A DNA stretch of 64,000 nucleotides from a virus (IMGVR_UViG_3300028888_000107:1-64000), one strand, 5' to 3'; numbered from the stretch's first letter, positions 28,043 through 37,959 are shown. Made by a program: numbers and translations. Notes: a model not told the origin generated them from the letters alone.

Positions 28043-29548
28043 TTAAATTCCCCAAGGGGGCAATTCAATATCTCCGCATTTGGTTTTCACCACATTGTAA
28101 TTTTTTCCTTCTTTGTTTGGTTGGTTGTAAATGTTTGGCTTGTTTTTTATGTAATCACATTCACTATCTTTTGTACTGTCATCATTTTCCTTAACCTGTT
28201 CCCAGTTTAGTTGGGAGGGGAGTATTTGCAAACCGCTTTGGTATTCTATTTCCAACAAGGCACAATCGCTTTTTGTAAGGGTAAATATCTTTTCGTTGTT
28301 TCCCGATAGTTGCTTCACTACCAAGCAATCAAGCACAATGCCAAATATATCGTGGATATATTTAACGAGCAAATATGTCTTTTCTTGTTGTTCGGAACCA
28401 TCCAAGGACTCGTGCTTTAACAAATACACACGGTTTTCTTCAAACAAGGTTGGTTGTTCTTGTTGGTAATTGAACATATTGGCGTAGTTGTATTGTTCAA
28501 TTTTATCAACATCCATATTAGGCAGCACATCCAACTCGTGACTCTTCCTTTCATCTTCATATTTAATTTCTTGCCAAAAGTAGCCGTCAAATATTTCGGA
28601 CTTGTTGGTTTCCTTGTTAAAATACACATTTCCAAGCACATTTTCTTTATGGTCAACATCGATTCCTTTGTAAACAAGAGCGGGACCCTTTGCTTTTATA
28701 TTTAGAATTTCATAATCAAGTGGATAGTGGGTATCATACCGCCACACTTTTATGCAATTCACTTGGATATATGAAATATCAGCGAAAACAAAATTGTAAA
28801 GTATATCCACGTGGTATGGTTTCCTTGTGGACATATCAATTACGTTTTTTTTGCAATACTCATGATAACTGTTGTGCAAGCCGCAAAAGTCAACAGTAAG
28901 GTATCCAAATTCATCACCGGTTGACGGCACACCCTTGTTAATTAAATGCTCGCACAATATATCCAAAGATGATTTAACAAACTCCTTGTTATCCTTGTTG
29001 GGGGTTAGCAAGGGGACGTAGTTAAACCTTTCTTCGGTTGTTTCATAAATTACCAAACATTTTCTTTGGGTGCTAAAATAGGTATCGCAATCGTTTGGCT
29101 TGCTATGAAAAATCCCATTTTTTATTTCGCTTTTGTTTTTTATCCAACCAAGAAATGTGTATGGTCCAAAACTGCGTCCAATTTGTTGACCATCTTCCTT
29201 AAAAAAGTCAACCTCGTTGCACATTGCTTGCAAGAAAAAACTTTTGCTGTAATCAAACCTTCTTGTGCTGTAAGGTCTGTTATATGTACCCTTGCTTGAT
29301 GCTTCCATATTTTCCCTTGCCTTTTCACAAATTTTTCTTATGTAATCGTTTACATAGTCATTGTGTTCGTTGTTTGCATTGCCATCAAACTTTGATTTTA
29401 GGTATGCGCTTATAGCATCCTTTGTTCTATCGGACACCCCTTGTTCATTAGATTCCCGTTTTCCGGCATTAAAGTATTTGGACAATTTGGCTATCCTTTT
29501 ATCAAGGTCGTCATCGCTATATGTAGTTCTTATGATGGTTCTTGCCAT
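28043..29548 (-). CDS. Hypothetical multidomain protein
   Basis: 501 aa; no recognisable motif. Confidence 0.6.
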   Translation of the reverse strand: MARTIIRTTYSDDDLDKRIAKLSKYFNAGKRESNEQGVSDRTKDAISAYLKSKFDGNANNEHNDYVNDYIRKICEKARENMEASSKGTYNRPYSTRRFDYSKSFFLQAMCNEVDFFKEDGQQIGRSFGPYTFLGWIKNKSEIKNGIFHSKPNDCDTYFSTQRKCLVIYETTEERFNYVPLLTPNKDNKEFVKSSLDILCEHLINKGVPSTGDEFGYLTVDFCGLHNSYHEYCKKNVIDMSTRKPYHVDILYNFVFADISYIQVNCIKVWRYDTHYPLDYEILNIKAKGPALVYKGIDVDHKENVLGNVYFNKETNKSEIFDGYFWQEIKYEDERKSHELDVLPNMDVDKIEQYNYANMFNYQQEQPTLFEENRVYLLKHESLDGSEQQEKTYLLVKYIHDIFGIVLDCLVVKQLSGNNEKIFTLTKSDCALLEIEYQSGLQILPSQLNWEQVKENDDSTKDSECDYIKNKPNIYNQPNKEGKNYNVVKTKCGDIELPPWGI

Positions 29549-29584
29549 TTTTGGTAAGGGTTAAACAAAATTGCTTTTTTAATA

Positions 29585-29595
29585 ATATAATAAAA
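29585..29595 (-). promoter_or_regulatory. TTTTATTATAT motif
   Basis: Intergenic, 37 nt upstream of ATG 29548. Confidence 0.35.
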
Positions 29596-29619
29596 AAAGC
29601 AAAGTATTTTGGCACAAAA

Positions 29620-30699
29620 CTATTGGTTGTTAAGTTCGTTGGAAAGTTTTTCAGAAAGTTCCTTTAAGGTTTCGTTTATTTCATTTCTTTTCCTTTCACC
29701 CTCATCGTGTATCCTTTTGTACTCGTTCATTGTGTCAATAAGGGATTGTGTGGTTTTCCTTAAAGTATCCGCACTAACAACGCTTTCTTCGTTTGCCTTT
29801 GCCACGTTAATGGTGTTCATTTTCAAAAGTTCGGCATTTCTAACAAGTATTTCGTTTGTGGCATTGGACGCCATTCGTTGAACCTCAATGTTGTTCCTTT
29901 GGTTTTGCATTGTTACCGATATGCTTAATTGGTTCTTCCAAATGGGGATAACGGTGTTCACAATGTTATCGGACTTTTGGGCAATCATATTGTTGCTGTT
30001 TTGCAACGCCCGTATTTGCAAAAGGTCTTGCCCCATAATATACTCGGTAACTTTCATATCGGTTATCCTTTTTTGAAGGGCTTCCCTAAACGCATACATA
30101 TCCTGCAACATATAGGGTTCGGTATCGGGGTTGTTTTCCATATCGGCTATGGTGTTGCCCAATTCCTTTTCCTTTAGCATTGCCGCAATAATTAGTTCAC
30201 GCATACGCTTTACATAGGAAACATTGTTGTCAAAAATGATTTGCAATGTTCCGTTATCCTTTAGGGCGATAAGTTTTGTTGCGGTAATCTTCTTTGCCAC
30301 ATCATCAACATTATCGGCAATGTTGTTAAACTTAACAAGGTTGGTTTTGTACCTTTTTATAAGTTTTTTGATTAGGGGTATTTGCCTAATAAACTTAATA
30401 AAGGAGTTTTCCTCGTTTAGTTTGTCAAGGTCAATATCGTTTAACCCCACCAAAAGGTTGTTAATAATGTTGCAAGCATCTTCGGTGGTTTCGCTGTTTG
30501 ACTTGGTAATACGCAAAAGGTCATCACCGTTTTTTCTTACAATTTGGGAAAGGTCGCTACCATAGGTTTGTATGGAGTTGATGTCGTTTTCCCTTATGCT
30601 TTTGGCAATGGTTGTTAGTTTTTTAAGTTCCTTTTCGTCCATATTGGCTATGCTTTTGTCATAGTCATAGGACTTAATTGCAACGTTGTTGTTTTCCAT
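29620..30699 (-). CDS. telA: Toxic anion resistance protein (TelA/KlaA family)
   Basis: SIQTYG, DNGTLQIIFDNN, QIRALQNSN, IPIWKNQL, ATNEIL..NAELLK and LRKTTQSLI. Confidence 0.85.
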   Translation of the reverse strand: MENNNVAIKSYDYDKSIANMDEKELKKLTTIAKSIRENDINSIQTYGSDLSQIVRKNGDDLLRITKSNSETTEDACNIINNLLVGLNDIDLDKLNEENSFIKFIRQIPLIKKLIKRYKTNLVKFNNIADNVDDVAKKITATKLIALKDNGTLQIIFDNNVSYVKRMRELIIAAMLKEKELGNTIADMENNPDTEPYMLQDMYAFREALQKRITDMKVTEYIMGQDLLQIRALQNSNNMIAQKSDNIVNTVIPIWKNQLSISVTMQNQRNNIEVQRMASNATNEILVRNAELLKMNTINVAKANEESVVSADTLRKTTQSLIDTMNEYKRIHDEGERKRNEINETLKELSEKLSNELNNQ

Positions 30700-30732
30700 A
30701 TCACTTGTTTGTTAAAGGGTTTGTAATTCTTG

Positions 30733-31257
30733 TTAAATTGTTCTTAAATTGTTAAGTATTTGCTTTTTAATAACATTGTCCTTTCCGCCCACATATTCTT
30801 CAAAGGCACGCATTAGTTCAAGTCCATCGGGGTCGGCAAGTGCCAAAGTGTATGTAACGGGGTCATTCGGGTAAAGTTGTTCCCTAACAAAATCGGCAAA
30901 GTTTTCAAACTTGGGATAATCCTTTTGGTTCCACACCCTTTCATCTGCAAGCAGGCAAATGCTTGTGGTAAGCCCGCCAAGGTCTTCCTCTTCAAAGGTT
31001 TCAAAGGCGATGTTGTTTTCAACAAGAATGGATTTAATTTCATCCATATCCTTTGTTGAACCACCGTTAAGAATAACAAGGGTTTTGTCTTCACTAATCC
31101 ACTTGTTTAAGTCGGGTTCGCCAATATGTTTCCAAACGTATTCGCAAACACCGTGTGTGGTTTGAACACCGTTGTTAATGCCGTTTAATTGTCGAAGCAC
31201 AATACTGTACATTTTGTATTCGTGCTTGTATGCTTCTTCTTTTGTAATTTCTTTCAT
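30733..31257 (-). CDS. Peptidyl-tRNA hydrolase 2-like protein
   Basis: KMYSIV..QL....GVQTTH, KTLVILNGG and FEEEDLGGLTTSI match phage PTH2-like patterns. Confidence 0.5.
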   Translation of the reverse strand: MKEITKEEAYKHEYKMYSIVLRQLNGINNGVQTTHGVCEYVWKHIGEPDLNKWISEDKTLVILNGGSTKDMDEIKSILVENNIAFETFEEEDLGGLTTSICLLADERVWNQKDYPKFENFADFVREQLYPNDPVTYTLALADPDGLELMRAFEEYVGGKDNVIKKQILNNLRTI

Positions 31258-31433
31258 TTTGGTTTGCTTTTAAAATTTTCAACAAGTTTTCTTATTTGCC
31301 ATTTTCCACATTTGGCTATTTCTTTTGCAATTTCTTTGTTATAAAACCTAAAAACATTGGGTATGTATATAGGGTAGTGGGAATTGGCTTCACGTTTTCT
31401 TGCCAACCTTAACACATCATTCATTTCATCCAT
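31254..31433 (-). CDS. Small hypothetical protein (59 aa, below ORF-track cutoff)
   Basis: Hand translation MDEMNDVLRLARKREANSHYP...KSKPK; ATGA overlap with the next gene. Confidence 0.55.
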   Translation of the reverse strand: MDEMNDVLRLARKREANSHYPIYIPNVFRFYNKEIAKEIAKCGKWQIRKLVENFKSKPK

Positions 31434-31441
31434 AGCGTTTA

Positions 31442-31855
31442 CTATTTATTGGGTTTAACTATGTTATTATCTGGAATTTTTAAAAACCTGCAAACCGATT
31501 CATAAACCGCACCAAACAAGTTTTCGTTTCTTACAATAAAGGATAGGTACGAGTATTCGCATTCAACATCCCAAACATTGTTAATTGCCTTTCCATCATC
31601 ATCAAAAGTTATGGGCAAATATTGAACGCACACCCAAACGTTTGCCTTTTGCAAAACCATCAAAAGGGCATCCAACGTCCAACAGGGTATGCTTTGTTCA
31701 TCTTCAATGTCGCTCTTTATGCAATCATCTTTAACGCTTGGTATCCCAAACACACCCAAATCGTTGTGGGGGTTAAACGGGTACAAAAGGTCTGCGGTTT
31801 CGCTTGGCAAACCCAACTTAAGCAATTCCTTTGATTGTTCTATTGTTGTGTACAT
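31442..31855 (-). CDS. Hypothetical protein
   Basis: YTTIEQSKELLKLGL...PCWTLDALL; packed early array. Confidence 0.6.
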   Translation of the reverse strand: MYTTIEQSKELLKLGLPSETADLLYPFNPHNDLGVFGIPSVKDDCIKSDIEDEQSIPCWTLDALLMVLQKANVWVCVQYLPITFDDDGKAINNVWDVECEYSYLSFIVRNENLFGAVYESVCRFLKIPDNNIVKPNK

Positions 31856-31866
31856 AGTGTATGGTT

Positions 31867-32388
31867 TTAATCTTCTTCAATTTCATAACCAAATGGTATA
31901 ATTCCATCGGCAATGCTTTTCCAATGTTTAACAACATCTTTGTGTGCGGGAAACGATGAATTTTTGTTTTCTTCCAGCAACCTTTTTGCTTCCTTTTGCA
32001 AACTTTCCCAAGCCCATTTTGGAAGTGTTTTAAACTTGTATTCATATTGTGGAAACAACATATCATCATAACTTAAAAGCATCATGCCAACATTGTTTCT
32101 TCCCAAATGCAATTGTTTTATAAGTTCCCACATAACGCAACCCATTTGAAACCCAGTCATTCCAAAAACAAACGACAACAGTTGAACAGACGCATAACCC
32201 AACGCACCCGCACCGTAAACGGATTCTTCATACAAGTCAGAACCATCGTGTGTGTTTTCCAAATGTTTAATTATCTCGGTTGCGAATTGCTTAAGGTCAT
32301 CCTCCGATTTAATTTCGGTTTTCGCCTTGTTGTACCAAGCCTCTTTTATTTCATTCCATTTTTTTCTTTGTTCTTCCGTTATGTTCAT
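31867..32388 (-). CDS. Hypothetical protein
   Basis: 173 aa; GMTGFQMGCVMWE. Confidence 0.6.
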   Translation of the reverse strand: MNITEEQRKKWNEIKEAWYNKAKTEIKSEDDLKQFATEIIKHLENTHDGSDLYEESVYGAGALGYASVQLLSFVFGMTGFQMGCVMWELIKQLHLGRNNVGMMLLSYDDMLFPQYEYKFKTLPKWAWESLQKEAKRLLEENKNSSFPAHKDVVKHWKSIADGIIPFGYEIEED

Positions 32389-32390
32389 AG

Positions 32391-32621
32391 TTATTGCTTT
32401 TTTGATTTGTTGTTTCTTTCGGATGTCACAAGATAGCCAATTCTAATTTTAAAACTCCCGTCCTTACTTTCATAGGGGGTGTTCTTGTCCAAAAGTCCGC
32501 CCTTCCGAAACATATTGTAGGTTGTGCCAATCTCTTCCTTTGTGTGGTGGTTAAACACTTCCTTTACACATCCATAATACTCGTGGTTTCCGTTAAATTC
32601 CACATGAACAATTTTTCTCAT
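32391..32621 (-). CDS. Small hypothetical protein
   Basis: Start reassigned to MRKIVHVEF to remove the overlap. Confidence 0.55.
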   Translation of the reverse strand: MRKIVHVEFNGNHEYYGCVKEVFNHHTKEEIGTTYNMFRKGGLLDKNTPYESKDGSFKIRIGYLVTSERNNKSKKQ

Positions 32622-32631
32622 TTTTGTTTTT

Positions 32632-33054
32632 TTATTTGTTAATACTAATATCTTCAATAATAATTTTAATTGCGTTGTTAATTGCTTCTTCGGGTGTGGC
32701 GTATTCGTCTTTACTTTTAACAGAACCGCACCCCGTATAATTGTTGCCAACCCTCAATCTTTTTTTGTGGCAATATTTCCACATTAAATCCGTCACCCCA
32801 TCTACGGTTTCGGCAACGGGTTCCACCCATACCCACATATCCATAGCAATCCTTAACCATTTAATAACCATTTGAAGTGGTGGGGATATTACACAATCTT
32901 CATCATCTTCCCAATAATTTATTTCACCATTTGGTAGATATGAAATAGAGTTGTATGGATTAAGTTCAAAAGAAACACCTTTTTCTTTTAAAAGTTTTGC
33001 AACCTCAAAAGAACAATAATCTTCTTCAATTTCATACGTTTTTACTACTTTCAT
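32632..33054 (-). CDS. Hypothetical protein
   Basis: EEDYCSFEVAKLLKEKG...QMVIKWLR. Confidence 0.6.
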   Translation of the reverse strand: MKVVKTYEIEEDYCSFEVAKLLKEKGVSFELNPYNSISYLPNGEINYWEDDEDCVISPPLQMVIKWLRIAMDMWVWVEPVAETVDGVTDLMWKYCHKKRLRVGNNYTGCGSVKSKDEYATPEEAINNAIKIIIEDISINK

Positions 33055-33391
33055 TGTTTTTGCTGTTTTTGTTTTTTAACCACCATTGTCCGTCCATAAA
33101 ACCTCGAATGTAAACTTGCAAGGCGTTTGGAAATTTTGTAAGTTGTATCCCGTATGCCTTTTTTCTTGCAACTTCAAGAACTTCGTCATCGGTCAAATAT
33201 TGGGTGCTTTCAGTTTCAATAGTTTCTTGGTCATCCTCAATAAGTTTAACAATCCAATCCATCCATTCTTTTGTCCAGTCACGCTTTTTTGACAAAGGGC
33301 AACCCTCAAATTGATATGTCGCGTTGGCGAGATGCACAAAGGACTTTTCAAATGCGTCCCTAATTACCATAAGTTTTTCTTCCGGTGTCAT
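33032..33391 (-). CDS. Hypothetical protein
   Basis: 119-aa packed ORF. Confidence 0.55.
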   Translation of the reverse strand: MTPEEKLMVIRDAFEKSFVHLANATYQFEGCPLSKKRDWTKEWMDWIVKLIEDDQETIETESTQYLTDDEVLEVARKKAYGIQLTKFPNALQVYIRGFMDGQWWLKNKNSKNNESSKNV

Positions 33392-33459
33392 TGCTATTTG
33401 TTTTTTTCGTTTTTTAATTCTAAAGTTTTTTATCTTTTACAAACCAATTTTGTTATTTC

Positions 33460-33663
33460 TTAATACACCACATTAAGTTTTTTCTCTATACCTAATTCGT
33501 ATTCGGTCTCCCTTTTGTCAAGAAATTCTTTTATTTCCTTTAAGTTCATTTCTTTAAAAAACGGGTAGGTTTCCAACATATCTTTGGTGCATTGAAGAAA
33601 TTTTGAAATCATTGACAATGTTGCAAAATCTTCTCTAATATTGTAATATTCTTGTTTTGTCAT
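33460..33663 (-). CDS. Small hypothetical protein
   Basis: 67 aa; ATGA coupling. Confidence 0.5.
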   Translation of the reverse strand: MTKQEYYNIREDFATLSMISKFLQCTKDMLETYPFFKEMNLKEIKEFLDKRETEYELGIEKKLNVVY

Positions 33664-33917
33664 TGTTCTTTCATTGCTTTTTTAAAAAAATGAATAAGTT
33701 CACCCGTGTTGTAATCATGAAGCGAACACGTTGGTGGCATAAAATCTTCAACGTGTTTTTCCAACCATTCACACGCTTTGGCTATAATTTGTTCTTCTTT
33801 CCATTTGGACATTCGCATGGCTGAATTATACGCCATTTCGTAAAATGTTCTATTGGTGTTAAACCCAGATGAAAAGATACTATCAACTATTTTCTTTGCG
33901 TTTTGTTCATCCAACAT
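33660..33917 (-). CDS. Small hypothetical protein (WKEEQ...KACEWL family)
   Basis: Related to 42174 and more weakly to 35373/35603. Confidence 0.55.
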   Translation of the reverse strand: MLDEQNAKKIVDSIFSSGFNTNRTFYEMAYNSAMRMSKWKEEQIIAKACEWLEKHVEDFMPPTCSLHDYNTGELIHFFKKAMKEQ

Positions 33918-33960
33918 ATTGTTTTTTATTATGTGTTAATAATCTAATTATTTTTGTAAT

Positions 33961-34407
33961 TTAATCGTATGTTTCTTCAAGATAGCCATTAACCATTTCA
34001 GTTTCGCCTTCTTCTTTCCAAAATCCTACAACATCATCAAATATTTTACCGGTTACATCAACCCGTCCACCTTGCCAAGAAGATTGAACATCCAATGTAA
34101 ACCATCCACCGTCCTTTGTTCTTACCGCCCATAGGTTTTTTTCGTCATAACTCGGACAAGATACTTCCACAAAGTAATCGGTATCTTTGGCAAAAAGAAA
34201 ACCACAATTTGAAGACTCATCTTTCCATATATCATACAATGTTGTTTTAATATTATTCAAGTCAAAAATTATTTTTTTGGCTTCTTCGGGTGTTATCACC
34301 CTTTCACACCTACAGACATAATGTCTTGAAAGTGATGTTTTTCCATCATCAAAAAAATGATATTCCTTTCCAATTTCTGGAATATTGTTGTTCTGTTTTT
34401 GTTTCAT
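33961..34407 (-). CDS. Hypothetical protein
   Basis: PEIGKEYHFFDDGK...GGWF. Confidence 0.6.
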   Translation of the reverse strand: MKQKQNNNIPEIGKEYHFFDDGKTSLSRHYVCRCERVITPEEAKKIIFDLNNIKTTLYDIWKDESSNCGFLFAKDTDYFVEVSCPSYDEKNLWAVRTKDGGWFTLDVQSSWQGGRVDVTGKIFDDVVGFWKEEGETEMVNGYLEETYD

Positions 34408-34421
34408 AATATCCTTAAATT

Positions 34422-34883
34422 TTAGTTATATCTTCTTTCGTACATCCCTTTAGGTGCTTCAAGAGCTAACCCTTTTTCTATCAAACCATTGTAATCAAGA
34501 TGACTTTTGTTGTAAAATTGCACCATTTCGTACGTCCTTTTCGCAACTGCTTTTTGAAGAAGATGTCTTCTTTCATTATCGTCTTTTATTTGTTGGACTT
34601 TTTTGACCAAAGTTTCTAAAAATTCACTCTCTATATCTGAAAAAACTTTTTGTTCATCCTCTGTCATACTTGACATCGGACGTAGATAGGGAATATAGTT
34701 ATCCGAATAAGTGGAACCCATTTCATCCGTGAAATAGAAATTACCGTCTTCAAACATTCCAGACAATTTCATATCTTCTTCCACTAATCTACCATCCTTC
34801 TTATGTACAACACTACATATTACCCTATAAGGAAACATTGCGCATAAGAGTTTATTTAAAAGTTCTTTTTCTTCTTTATTCAT
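34422..34883 (-). CDS. Hypothetical protein, PYLRPMSSMT family copy 1
   Basis: EEKELLNKLLCAMFPY...PYLRPMSSMT...HLDYNGLIEKGLALEAPKGMY. Confidence 0.65.
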   Translation of the reverse strand: MNKEEKELLNKLLCAMFPYRVICSVVHKKDGRLVEEDMKLSGMFEDGNFYFTDEMGSTYSDNYIPYLRPMSSMTEDEQKVFSDIESEFLETLVKKVQQIKDDNERRHLLQKAVAKRTYEMVQFYNKSHLDYNGLIEKGLALEAPKGMYERRYN

Positions 34884-35067
34884 ACCTATATGGTTTTATT
34901 GTATAATATTCATCAGCATAATCATAAGGGTATCTTTTCATTTCTTCGCATTTTTTATGCAATGCCAATTTTGCCGCATTGTGCGATGGAAATGATTCAA
35001 CAAACACCCCGTTGCAATACATAGCCCAAGGTTTTGGTTCGTACAATTTTTCTTTTTTATTGTTCAT
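34876..35067 (-). CDS. Small hypothetical protein
   Basis: Start reassigned to MNNKKEK. Confidence 0.5.
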   Translation of the reverse strand: MNNKKEKLYEPKPWAMYCNGVFVESFPSHNAAKLALHKKCEEMKRYPYDYADEYYTIKPYRYE

Positions 35068-35323
35068 TTTCATTTTCACCATCAACAATTTCACACAATA
35101 TAACATCATAATCATCAAAACAAGATGTGCTATGAACCATTATTTCGTTACCGCAATCTGGACAAATTACATAATCTTTACACAAAGGACGACTATGCAA
35201 CAGGTCACCGTTACAGTAAGCATCTTTATCAACAAAAGAAAACACACAGCCGCATTCATCGCATCTTGTTGTTATTTCTTTGCCTTTAGGCATTTGGTTC
35301 CCGTGTTTTACCACTTTAATCAT
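35057..35323 (-). CDS. Small zinc-ribbon protein
   Basis: CDECGC...CPDCG. Confidence 0.6.
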   Translation of the reverse strand: MIKVVKHGNQMPKGKEITTRCDECGCVFSFVDKDAYCNGDLLHSRPLCKDYVICPDCGNEIMVHSTSCFDDYDVILCEIVDGENENEQ

Positions 35324-35372
35324 AATTTTTGTTTATATTGTAAAAATTTGTTTAGACATATATTTTAGCCCG

Positions 35373-35624
35373 CTATAACTTTTTGCTTTTTTGTTCGCAA
35401 AAGTTTTTAAAAGCACCAACAAAACAATCAATCATAAGGGGTGTCATTTCGCTATACGTTGGCAAATTATCCATTAACCAATCACATGCACCATCAACGT
35501 CAAAAAGCCCGTTTCTGGGGTGTCTGTCCGCCCACTCAACACCCTTTTCGAAACAGGCTGCCCTTCCCATTTTTGTTGAGTAAACAAACTTGGATAACTT
35601 TTTTACATTTTCTTTTCTTGCCAT
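35373..35624 (-). CDS. Small hypothetical protein, WAD.HP family copy 1
   Basis: GVEWADRHP...DVDGACDWL...FKNFCE. Confidence 0.6.
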   Translation of the reverse strand: MARKENVKKLSKFVYSTKMGRAACFEKGVEWADRHPRNGLFDVDGACDWLMDNLPTYSEMTPLMIDCFVGAFKNFCEQKSKKL

Positions 35625-35872
35625 AATTCTTTGTTTCTTATTTCGCAAAAGTTTTTAAATCCTCCCACAAAGTATTCAACGGCTGTTATTGGCATTAAAT
35701 TGTACGCCTTTAAACTATCAATTAGCCAAAGGCAAGCAGCATCAATATCAACAAGCCCGCTTTTTGGATGTTCATCTGCCCATTTAATACCTTGACGATA
35801 TGACTCTTTATCTACACCCGCTTTTAGGAATGCGTCACGTGTTGCCAAATTAATTTCATCTTCCCTTGTCAT
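35603..35872 (-). CDS. Small hypothetical protein, WAD.HP family copy 2
   Basis: GIKWADEHP...DIDAACLWL...FKNFCE. Confidence 0.6.
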   Translation of the reverse strand: MTREDEINLATRDAFLKAGVDKESYRQGIKWADEHPKSGLVDIDAACLWLIDSLKAYNLMPITAVEYFVGGFKNFCEIRNKELWQEKKM

Positions 35873-35980
35873 AGTTTACCGATAAATGTAATCATAATAG
35901 TTGTAGGCAAACCCCGTCCAAAAATAGCGGTAGCCGTTCCAAACCAAATCACCGTTGCAAGCAGTATAAATGCACATAAC

Positions 35981-36220
35981 CTACTTCTTTGTTTGTTGTT
36001 CGCAAATCTTTTGAATTAGTTCCTCCTGTTCCTTTTTGCGTCTTTCTTCGCAATACTTGCAGTTTCCCTTGTGTGCAAGTTTGTATCCGGTGCTAATGTA
36101 TTCGCAATTATCAATTACAACAATTTTACCGCCCCACGGAATATTGTTGTAACTTGTACCAACTTGATAGCATCCCGTTAACAACATTGAAATCAAAATA
36201 AAAACCATTATCTTTTTCAT
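35981..36220 (-). CDS. Small lipoprotein
   Basis: MKKIMVFILISMLLTG|C lipobox. Confidence 0.65.
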   Translation of the reverse strand: MKKIMVFILISMLLTGCYQVGTSYNNIPWGGKIVVIDNCEYISTGYKLAHKGNCKYCEERRKKEQEELIQKICEQQTKK

Positions 36221-36224
36221 ACCT

Positions 36225-36527
36225 TTAATTTTTAAGGTTTTTGCTATTTTTTCTTTTTTGCAGCCAATCTATGATTTTAAACGATACCTTTGCAAGAATA
36301 ATGACCAATGCCACATACAACGCCACATTAAGCAGTATAAGGCAACCAAACAAAACAAGGTTTGGTTCAAGTTTCAAAATTTTGTATTGCAAAAACACAA
36401 ACAAAGCGGTTGCGATACAAAACGAAACAACAACACCCAAGCATCCACGCATTTCATCTTTGTTGTGCGGGTTTAAGTCAGGTATGTCATCGGGGTTATA
36501 GGAAGCCCAAGGAAACACAGGTATCAT
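36225..36527 (-). CDS. Two-TM membrane protein
   Basis: Two hydrophobic helices. Confidence 0.6.
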   Translation of the reverse strand: MIPVFPWASYNPDDIPDLNPHNKDEMRGCLGVVVSFCIATALFVFLQYKILKLEPNLVLFGCLILLNVALYVALVIILAKVSFKIIDWLQKRKNSKNLKN

Positions 36528-36589
36528 ATTGTTTGCTTTTATTCGGTTAAATCAAGAAAATGTTCAACAAAGTTGGGTATTTCGCCAAA

Positions 36590-36985
36590 TTAGTACATTC
36601 CCTCAGGTGCTTCCAATGCCAACCCCATTGCAATTAAGCCGTTGTAATCAAGGTGGTGTTCGTTGCAATAGTGAATGAACTCAGCCATTTGTCCCCAAGC
36701 GGCAGGCGACCAACCATCGCCATAGTTTTCGTTTTCAATAATGTTTAGGCATTGTTGAAAATTATCCCTTTCTTCTTGTGTCATACTTGACATTGGACGC
36801 AAGTATGGTTTAAACTGTTCACCAACGTGGCAGGTCAATCCCCCGTTTGTAACAATAAACGGGTATTCGGAAAGGCAGATTGTTTTGATTGTGTCGATTT
36901 TCTTTCCGAGAGCCAATCCCTTGACACCGTACTGTGCTGTTTCGCACAGCGATTTCAGTAATATTTCTTTTTCTTCTTTTGACAT
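36590..36985 (-). CDS. Hypothetical protein, PYLRPMSSMT family copy 2
   Basis: EEKEILLKSLC...KPYLRPMSSMT...HLDYNGLIAMGLALEAPEGMY. Confidence 0.65.
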   Translation of the reverse strand: MSKEEKEILLKSLCETAQYGVKGLALGKKIDTIKTICLSEYPFIVTNGGLTCHVGEQFKPYLRPMSSMTQEERDNFQQCLNIIENENYGDGWSPAAWGQMAEFIHYCNEHHLDYNGLIAMGLALEAPEGMY

Positions 36986-36996
36986 ATTTTTGTGTT

Positions 36997-37176
36997 TTAA
37001 TTTTGGCTAATTGCAAACAAGTTTTTCCATCCAAAAAGGGTTAGTTTTTGTCCAACCGCTTTTTCTATGTTTGGACTAAATTGGCAAAACGTGGCATTGT
37101 AATCCAAGTCTTCATAATCTTCGTAATAATGCTTTCTTGTTAAGCCGCATTTTGTTGTTACAACAAGTCTATACAT
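36997..37176 (-). CDS. Small hypothetical protein (59 aa, below cutoff)
   Basis: Hand translation MYRLVVTTKCGLTRKHYY...FAISQN; fills the gap exactly. Confidence 0.5.
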   Translation of the reverse strand: MYRLVVTTKCGLTRKHYYEDYEDLDYNATFCQFSPNIEKAVGQKLTLFGWKNLFAISQN

Positions 37177-37180
37177 ATTG

Positions 37181-37675
37181 CTATTTTTTAATTTTGTACT
37201 TTAAATTTTCAAATTTCATTCTTATATTACCCAAAACAGTAATACGCCATTCGTCTAACTTGTACAAAAAACGGTTAAGTTTAACACCTGCCTTGTGCCA
37301 CCACCAAACCTTAAACTTAAGCAGTTTGCTTCTTTGTCTGTAAAGTTCGTTGTAAGTTAGTTCACACTTGATATAATCACCCTTTGAAACATATCTGTAT
37401 TGCTTTAAGCCCTTGGGGGGTTCGTTTGGGTCGCACTTTTCTTCATAAGTTCTAAACCTAACAGGAATAAGCATTAGTTTTCTCATTCCAAAATGTCCAG
37501 AAAATCCCCAACCATAACAATGCCGGCATTTTATGCACACATTGCTGCCAACACAAATTTGGGAAGAATATTCCGAACCATCTGCACGTTTGTGGGAAAC
37601 TTGCTCGTTAAACGGGCAAAGTTGCTCAAGTTCTCCATCAAAACTATTGTTATCTTCTGTATAGTAAATTTTCAT
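37181..37675 (-). CDS. Hypothetical Cys-containing protein
   Basis: CPF...CVGSNVCIKCRHC. Confidence 0.55.
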   Translation of the reverse strand: MKIYYTEDNNSFDGELEQLCPFNEQVSHKRADGSEYSSQICVGSNVCIKCRHCYGWGFSGHFGMRKLMLIPVRFRTYEEKCDPNEPPKGLKQYRYVSKGDYIKCELTYNELYRQRSKLLKFKVWWWHKAGVKLNRFLYKLDEWRITVLGNIRMKFENLKYKIKK

Positions 37676-37683
37676 AACTTTAC

Positions 37684-37959
37684 TTATTTAATTTCTTTGC
37701 CGCACATAGGGCAATACTTAACTGGAATGTAAATGTGGGTTACGCGCCTTTTATCATCGGCAAAGTAAACCTCAATGGTTGATACATAGCCATCCTCCTC
37801 GTGTGTTCTTTTGGATATTGGAGTGGGAGGTATAATGCTTGCCATAACTTCCCAATCTCCAATATCGTTGCTATCTGTTTTTGTTGGCAACAATTCACGA
37901 TACTTGTGTTTGTAGGCATCCATTTTATCGGATGTAAGGGCTTCACAATATTTGCACAT
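37684..37959 (-). CDS. Small zinc-ribbon protein
   Basis: MCKYC...YCPMCG. Confidence 0.6.
   Translation of the reverse strand: MCKYCEALTSDKMDAYKHKYRELLPTKTDSNDIGDWEVMASIIPPTPISKRTHEEDGYVSTIEVYFADDKRRVTHIYIPVKYCPMCGKEIK

Noticed and set aside
35873-35980. Tiny ORF in the gap (33-aa aromatic frame or a hydrophobic frame without a start)
   Set aside because: Two competing frames and no supporting signal.
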